From: Candidatus Aenigmatarchaeota archaeon
GTDB lineage: Archaea; Aenigmatarchaeota; Aenigmatarchaeia; GW2011-AR5; JAGGXF01
Direction of reading: 5' to 3'
Assembly: GCA_029932645.1 (NCBI GenBank)
Contig: JAOZPR010000005.1
Location: 1,925 to 13,236 of the forward strand
Length of the DNA: 11,312 nucleotides
Shown here: piece by piece, positions 7,571 to 11,312 of the stretch
Numbering within the stretch: position 1 is the stretch's first letter
Layout of the letters: each line of letters opens with the position of its first letter
Position numbers and translations under genes: made by a program
Notes under the pieces: model-generated
What the model was told of the DNA's origin: nothing
What the model saw: the letters and a program-made list of their open reading frames with translations, nothing else
Databases searched by the model: none

Positions 7571-8389
7571 CTTAATATAAAGCTTTGTAGCCCTTTTTCT
7601 TGGCTTCTTTACGTGCCTGAGTACAAACAAGAGTACTAAAAAGCCTGCCAAAGCATATGCCGGGTAGATGCTTTGCGGTTTTTTGAGTGTTATGACCTTT
7701 TTAGCATAGTATTTACCATCTTCTGACATTATCTCTAAGGTTATCGGCTCTTCTCTCCAGTAATCTGTATCATAAGATATTGTCCCGGATATTTTGCCCT
7801 TCGTGGGCTCGAGCTTTTTCGACTCAAGATACCAGCCCATTGGATATTCTGACGGAATAATCACCAAGGGTGGCAAAACTTCAGCACCCTTCTTTTTTCT
7901 TATGTTTAGCTTGATAGTGTTTTGTGTGTTTGTTATGGATATATCAGCCAGGTCCTCTAGTGATATTTTTTTGCTTATATTTGTGTTGACAGCTGAGAAT
8001 CTGACTTCTTTTATTTTTTCTGACTCATAGCAATAATAGGCTGTTAAAATACCTCTGTAATCGCCGTCCTCTGGAGCCAACCAATAGATATCAAAAGAGT
8101 CGTATGCGCCGGGCTTCAGCAATTTTTCCTGGCTCCAGTCTGTGTATATGGTTTTGTTGTCCTTTGATATGTCTGCCCTTATCTTAACCTTGCAGGCGAC
8201 CGACCCACTGTTCAGCCATTCTAAATAGAAATGCTGGTATGTAGAATTGGTAATATTTTCGAACGAAAAATATTCTACATAGCCTTGAATCTCGCCAGAG
8301 ATATCGATACTAACATCTGGTGCTGAAACAGGTGTGGATAACACAATAACAGATATGATAGCGCACATGAACAAATATTTTACATCCAC
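7562..8389 (-). CDS. Secreted, C-terminally anchored Ig-fold protein (~275 aa), hypothetical
   Basis: GTG 8389 follows a strong SD GAGGTGA (track start 8398 lies inside this SD). Signal peptide ends PVSA. Ig-like motif LEWLNSGSV..LKPG..FDIYW..GDY. TM YALAGFLVLLFVL followed by a Lys/Arg tail. Confidence 0.85.
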   Translation of the reverse strand: MDVKYLFMCAIISVIVLSTPVSAPDVSIDISGEIQGYVEYFSFENITNSTYQHFYLEWLNSGSVACKVKIRADISKDNKTIYTDWSQEKLLKPGAYDSFDIYWLAPEDGDYRGILTAYYCYESEKIKEVRFSAVNTNISKKISLEDLADISITNTQNTIKLNIRKKKGAEVLPPLVIIPSEYPMGWYLESKKLEPTKGKISGTISYDTDYWREEPITLEIMSEDGKYYAKKVITLKKPQSIYPAYALAGFLVLLFVLRHVKKPRKRATKLYIKKK

Positions 8390-8414
8390 TCTTTTCACCT
8401 CTTACTGATTAAAC

Positions 8415-8438
8415 ATGTTTATGAAAATGTTTATGAAA
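8415..8438. repeat. 12-bp tandem duplication ATGTTTATGAAA x2 spanning the stop codon of the 208-aa gene
   Basis: Seen directly. The minus strand reads TTT TCA TAA ACA TTT TCA TAA. Confidence 0.7.
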
Positions 8439-9057
8439 AATATAGCGCCGGGATTAAAAAATCATATTTCGGTATCTTTATTTTGACCTCCATCTCTCCT
8501 GTGTAATAACCAAGCTCTGTTATATTCAATACGATTTTGACTGTCAGTTCTTTGCCTGGCTGTACTATTATGTTATTTTGGTCTGGGGTTATGAACTGAG
8601 AGATGTTCCCATAGTTTATTATCTTAATTTTTGCAGGTCTTTCTCCATTGTTTGGTATGGACAAGAATTTGGTAACCACGGGTGTCACATTAAACACAAG
8701 CCTGCCGAAATTAAGTCTGTCTGTTTCAGAAGAGACGCCAAGGTCTAACTTGGTCTGGTTTGTACGTTCTATCACCAGAACCTCTGTTGGATATCTGTAT
8801 AAAATACTTTCAAAAAATATCCCGTCTTTTTGTTCTATGGACATGTTAGTAGCAAGCACAACTGGTTCCTGCTCAATGCTAAACAATTCCGAGATAAAAA
8901 ACAACAGAAATATCAATATAGCCAATACTATTACCAGCACTTTAATATTTTTTGATTTTTTAGATTTCTTAGATTTCTTTGATCTGGTTGCTCTTATCAG
9001 CTTTGATTTTCTTGATTTATTTGCTTTTTTTCTTTTTGCCATTTTTCTTTTTACCAT
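8431..9057 (-). CDS. Type II membrane protein, 208 aa: Lys-rich N-terminus, single TM, extracellular Ig-like domain
   Basis: K/R-rich first 39 aa and TM VLVIVLAILIFLLFFI. Ig-like motif LNFGRL..LSIPNNGERP..IVQPGKELTVKI..GYYTGEMEV. SD GGTGA overlaps the upstream TGA stop. Confidence 0.87.
   Translation of the reverse strand: MVKRKMAKRKKANKSRKSKLIRATRSKKSKKSKKSKNIKVLVIVLAILIFLLFFISELFSIEQEPVVLATNMSIEQKDGIFFESILYRYPTEVLVIERTNQTKLDLGVSSETDRLNFGRLVFNVTPVVTKFLSIPNNGERPAKIKIINYGNISQFITPDQNNIIVQPGKELTVKIVLNITELGYYTGEMEVKIKIPKYDFLIPALYFS
8947..8982 (-). repeat. Imperfect 9-bp coding tandem repeat x4 (SKK SKK SKK SKN)
   Basis: TCAAAGAAA TCTAAGAAA TCTAAAAAA TCAAAAAAT on the minus strand. Confidence 0.75.
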
Positions 9058-9062
9058 CTAGC

Positions 9063-10037
9063 TCACCATTTCCAATAGACCAAAAATAATATAAAGAGCA
9101 CTACCAAGATGACAAGCCACCAAGGAAATTCACTCGGCTTTGGCGGCAGTGCGGCTTTTATTGCTTCTGGTATCTCAAGGTCATATCTTTCAGATATGGT
9201 TCCTGTCGAATAATCAACCACTACCTTTGCTGTGTACAGGCCTGGCTCTATGTCTTCTCCCCGCCAGAAAACAGAAAGTATTCCGGTTGTTTTTGGTGTA
9301 ACTTTTGCATCTCCCCCTTTGAGAACCGTGACTATATTGTTTTCTTTATCAAATAATTTTAACTCATTTAATCTTGCCACCATTGTGACTGTTCCTGTAT
9401 TCTGAAAAACAGTGTCAAACCTGACTATGTTTTTCATCTCCCTCTCTGCAAAAACGTTGACAACCTTTCCCTTTCGTATAGCCGGGTCTGGAACAACATG
9501 AAAAACAAAATAGAATCTCGTTATACCTATTGTGGAAACAGCTGTTCCACCGCTGGGTGTTGCTGCCATCTTAGGATCCAGATTTATGGCGCCCACATGA
9601 TATCCTGGTTCAGCGTTTCTCGGGACATCGAGTATGAATTCGACGTCGGCATTAGCACTGACTGTTTTTCCAGACGGTAAGCGCACAACGATTTCTGGAG
9701 CTTTTGGAGATATAAAAACAGGATTCTCTGGAAACTTGACCCAACCATTGACAGACTCTTCTGATGCGTTCTTCGGCACAAAACCTGTTGCCCCTTCTTT
9801 CATGAATATAGTAAGATGTGGGTTGGTTGTAGACAAACCAACAAGCATATCGTTTTCTGCATTGGTCAAGATATAAAACATGCCAACAGCCCGCTCACCA
9901 GGTTTGACATCACCAAGATCCAACAGACCAGGAGCAGTACCGACAGAAAGGGCTAGACAAATATTAGAACATAGCAACAATACCAACAATGATAATAATA
10001 GTGGTGGTAAAGCCAATGAACGCAAATCCCTCTTCAT
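9063..10037 (-). CDS. Two-domain surface protein resembling DUF916/DUF3324 (WxL-interacting) and PapD-like chaperones, C-terminal TM anchor, 324 aa
   Basis: Signal peptide. Domain 1: VGTAPGLLDLGDVKPGE..WVKF..VEFILDVPRNAEPGYHVGAI. Domain 2: FQNTGTV..VTP..VFW..IEPGLYTAKVVVDY. Anchor PWWLVILVVLFILFLVYW. The CDS is secure; the family call is by eye. Confidence 0.8.
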   Translation of the reverse strand: MKRDLRSLALPPLLLSLLVLLLCSNICLALSVGTAPGLLDLGDVKPGERAVGMFYILTNAENDMLVGLSTTNPHLTIFMKEGATGFVPKNASEESVNGWVKFPENPVFISPKAPEIVVRLPSGKTVSANADVEFILDVPRNAEPGYHVGAINLDPKMAATPSGGTAVSTIGITRFYFVFHVVPDPAIRKGKVVNVFAEREMKNIVRFDTVFQNTGTVTMVARLNELKLFDKENNIVTVLKGGDAKVTPKTTGILSVFWRGEDIEPGLYTAKVVVDYSTGTISERYDLEIPEAIKAALPPKPSEFPWWLVILVVLFILFLVYWKW

Positions 10038-10066
10038 TTCCCTCTTTTATTTATTATCATAAGGAC

Positions 10067-10085
10067 TATATAAATTTTAGTTTTG
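10067..10085 (-). promoter_or_regulatory. BRE/TATA promoter for the accessory genes (10037 onward)
   Basis: Minus strand A-rich tract followed by TTTATATA (10074-10067), 30-37 nt upstream of ATG 10037. Confidence 0.6.
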
Positions 10086-10153
10086 GCTTGGTTTACAAAC
10101 TGGTTTAAAAAATTTTCTTCATCTGATTGAGATATCTAGAACTACAAGTATTG

Positions 10154-10168
10154 AAACAAAAAATAAAA
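10154..10168 (-). terminator. Oligo-T archaeal terminator after the pilin-like gene
   Basis: TTTTATTTTTTGTTT starts 8 nt after the TAA stop at 10176. Confidence 0.55.
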
Positions 10169-10175
10169 TCGTAGC

Positions 10176-11111
10176 TTATTCTACGCCTGCTGCAACGAGC
10201 GTTAATTTACCAGTTATGCTACCGTGTGGCGTACCATACGGCACTACAACCCTCACATTTAATACCATAGTGTCTCCAGGATTGAACTTTGTCGTACCAT
10301 CTGCAAGCAGGTCCTGGTACGAACACCCCCCTTCTTCTCCTGGAACATCCATATTATATTTGTAAAATATTGTGTGGTTGCACGTATACTCAATAGCCAT
10401 ACAATACTGATATCCTTCTATTGTAACCTCTGCCAATCCCCAGTTCGTATAATTACCACCAGCATTGGACATGTTATAATATGAATAATCTGTGCCTGTG
10501 GATGTGAAATCTGTCGTACCTGTTGATGAAGAATTGTGCGGGCTCTTTGCTATTCTCACATCACCTTTGTTGGCATTTGCATCTGTATCGTTACATTGTC
10601 CGTTTGCTCCTGGATTCACTGTCCATATGAATTCATGATAGGCATCTGTTGAAAAGTTGGCTGTTCTGAACCTTCCATATTTCCAGCCAGCGTCAAATGA
10701 GGCAAAAGGTAGGGTAGAAGTTTCGTTCCACTCGTGCCTGTTCACATAGAAATATGCCCAAGACGCATTCGCTTCTCTTTTTGTGACAACAAAATTACCA
10801 GCATCATAGTTGCTCAACAAACCAGTACCGAACGGCCGGGTTGATGGATATGTGGTGTTCAGCCACAAATATGTAATGTTTGTAGAACCGATATTTTCAA
10901 CAAAAACATCCTGGCTGCTACCAACATCGCCTGGGTTTAGTCCAGTCCAGTTCAATGCGTTGGGCGTGAAGTCCAGTTGTGTGACAGTTCCAACAGTAAC
11001 AGTTATATTGACCTCTTCTGTTGAATTGGCTGTAGGTATAGCAAATACAGAAACAGATAAAAACAAAATTCCCGATATAATAAGGATGATATCCCTTAAT
11101 AACTTGTCCAT
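10176..11111 (-). CDS. Secreted beta-rich glycoprotein, 311 aa, candidate major pilin/filament subunit
   Basis: ATG 11111 with SD GGAGG (track start TTG 11126 lies in the SD region). Sec signal ends SVFA. No TM anchor. About 13 N-x-S/T sequons and 4 Cys. N-terminal strand EEVNITVTV, motif LNWTGLNPG..VENIGS, C-terminus VVVPYGTPHGSITGKLTLVA. Confidence 0.85.
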   Translation of the reverse strand: MDKLLRDIILIISGILFLSVSVFAIPTANSTEEVNITVTVGTVTQLDFTPNALNWTGLNPGDVGSSQDVFVENIGSTNITYLWLNTTYPSTRPFGTGLLSNYDAGNFVVTKREANASWAYFYVNRHEWNETSTLPFASFDAGWKYGRFRTANFSTDAYHEFIWTVNPGANGQCNDTDANANKGDVRIAKSPHNSSSTGTTDFTSTGTDYSYYNMSNAGGNYTNWGLAEVTIEGYQYCMAIEYTCNHTIFYKYNMDVPGEEGGCSYQDLLADGTTKFNPGDTMVLNVRVVVPYGTPHGSITGKLTLVAAGVE

Positions 11112-11164
11112 AACTATTCCCTCCAAGGTATCATGAGTTCTATCTATTTTTTCTCAGAAAGTGA

Positions 11165-11180
11165 TATATAAAGTTTGTGG
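11165..11180 (-). promoter_or_regulatory. TATA-box promoter for the pilin-like gene
   Basis: Minus strand CCACAAACTTTATATA, with consensus TTTATATA at 11172-11165. Confidence 0.65.
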
Positions 11181-11191
11181 TTTCTCTTAAT

Positions 11192-11219
11192 ATTTGGATA
11201 TTCCAAACATATATTTGGA
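11192..11219. promoter_or_regulatory. Palindromic operator-like site TTTGGA-tat-TCCAAA plus an extra ATTTGGA half-site
   Basis: Seen at 11193-11207 and 11213-11219. Same core as the site at 2849-2875. Confidence 0.55.
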
Positions 11220-11312
11220 CTATTAAAATATAATACGTTTTTTCTAACCCACTAAAAATGCCCTATAAGGCCCAAAATCGCGTGTTTTCTGAAATTCGTT
11301 CTTTAATCAATT

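Noticed and set aside
10176..11111. Type IV pilin/archaellin, or anchored S-layer glycoprotein
   Set aside because: There is no class III signal peptide (K/R-G cleavage before the hydrophobic stretch) and no C-terminal TM or PGF-CTERM. An unanchored S-layer role is not fully excluded.
1083..11136. All plus-strand ORFs in the track and the short minus-strand ORFs 2246..2440 and 9584..9781
   Set aside because: They are antisense or out-of-frame shadows of long, well-formed minus-strand genes and have no recognisable motifs.
11221..11312. Possible gene, RNA or mobile-element end at the right edge
   Set aside because: AT-rich sequence with no convincing ORF, tRNA fold or terminal repeat.
1..11312. 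CRISPR array, tRNA/rRNA, transposase or DGR template/variable repeats
   Set aside because: No regularly spaced repeats, RNA-gene signatures, transposase or reverse-transcriptase motifs, or long near-identical repeat pairs were seen by eye.

Overview
Archaeal DNA, probably from a DPANN-type lineage. This is an inference from TATA boxes, GGTGA/GAGGTGA Shine-Dalgarno sites, an archaeal-type MinD and dense N-x-S/T sequons. Eight genes lie on the minus strand and form a cell-surface cluster. In transcription order they encode: a secreted 311-aa beta-rich pilin-like protein; a C-terminally anchored DUF916/PapD-chaperone-like protein; two membrane-anchored Ig-fold proteins; a MinD-family ATPase; an 848-aa anchored multi-Ig surface protein; an exported QW-repeat (prenyltransferase/squalene-cyclase-fold) protein; and a >938-aa DUF2341 adhesin-like glycoprotein. 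The last gene runs off the left edge and is missing from the ORF track. The main hypothesis is an usher-less, chaperone-assisted, donor-strand-complemented archaeal pilus or surface complex. A palindromic site TTTGGA-N3-TCCAAA occurs upstream of both the first and the last gene. Domain calls come from motif recognition by eye, not from database searches.
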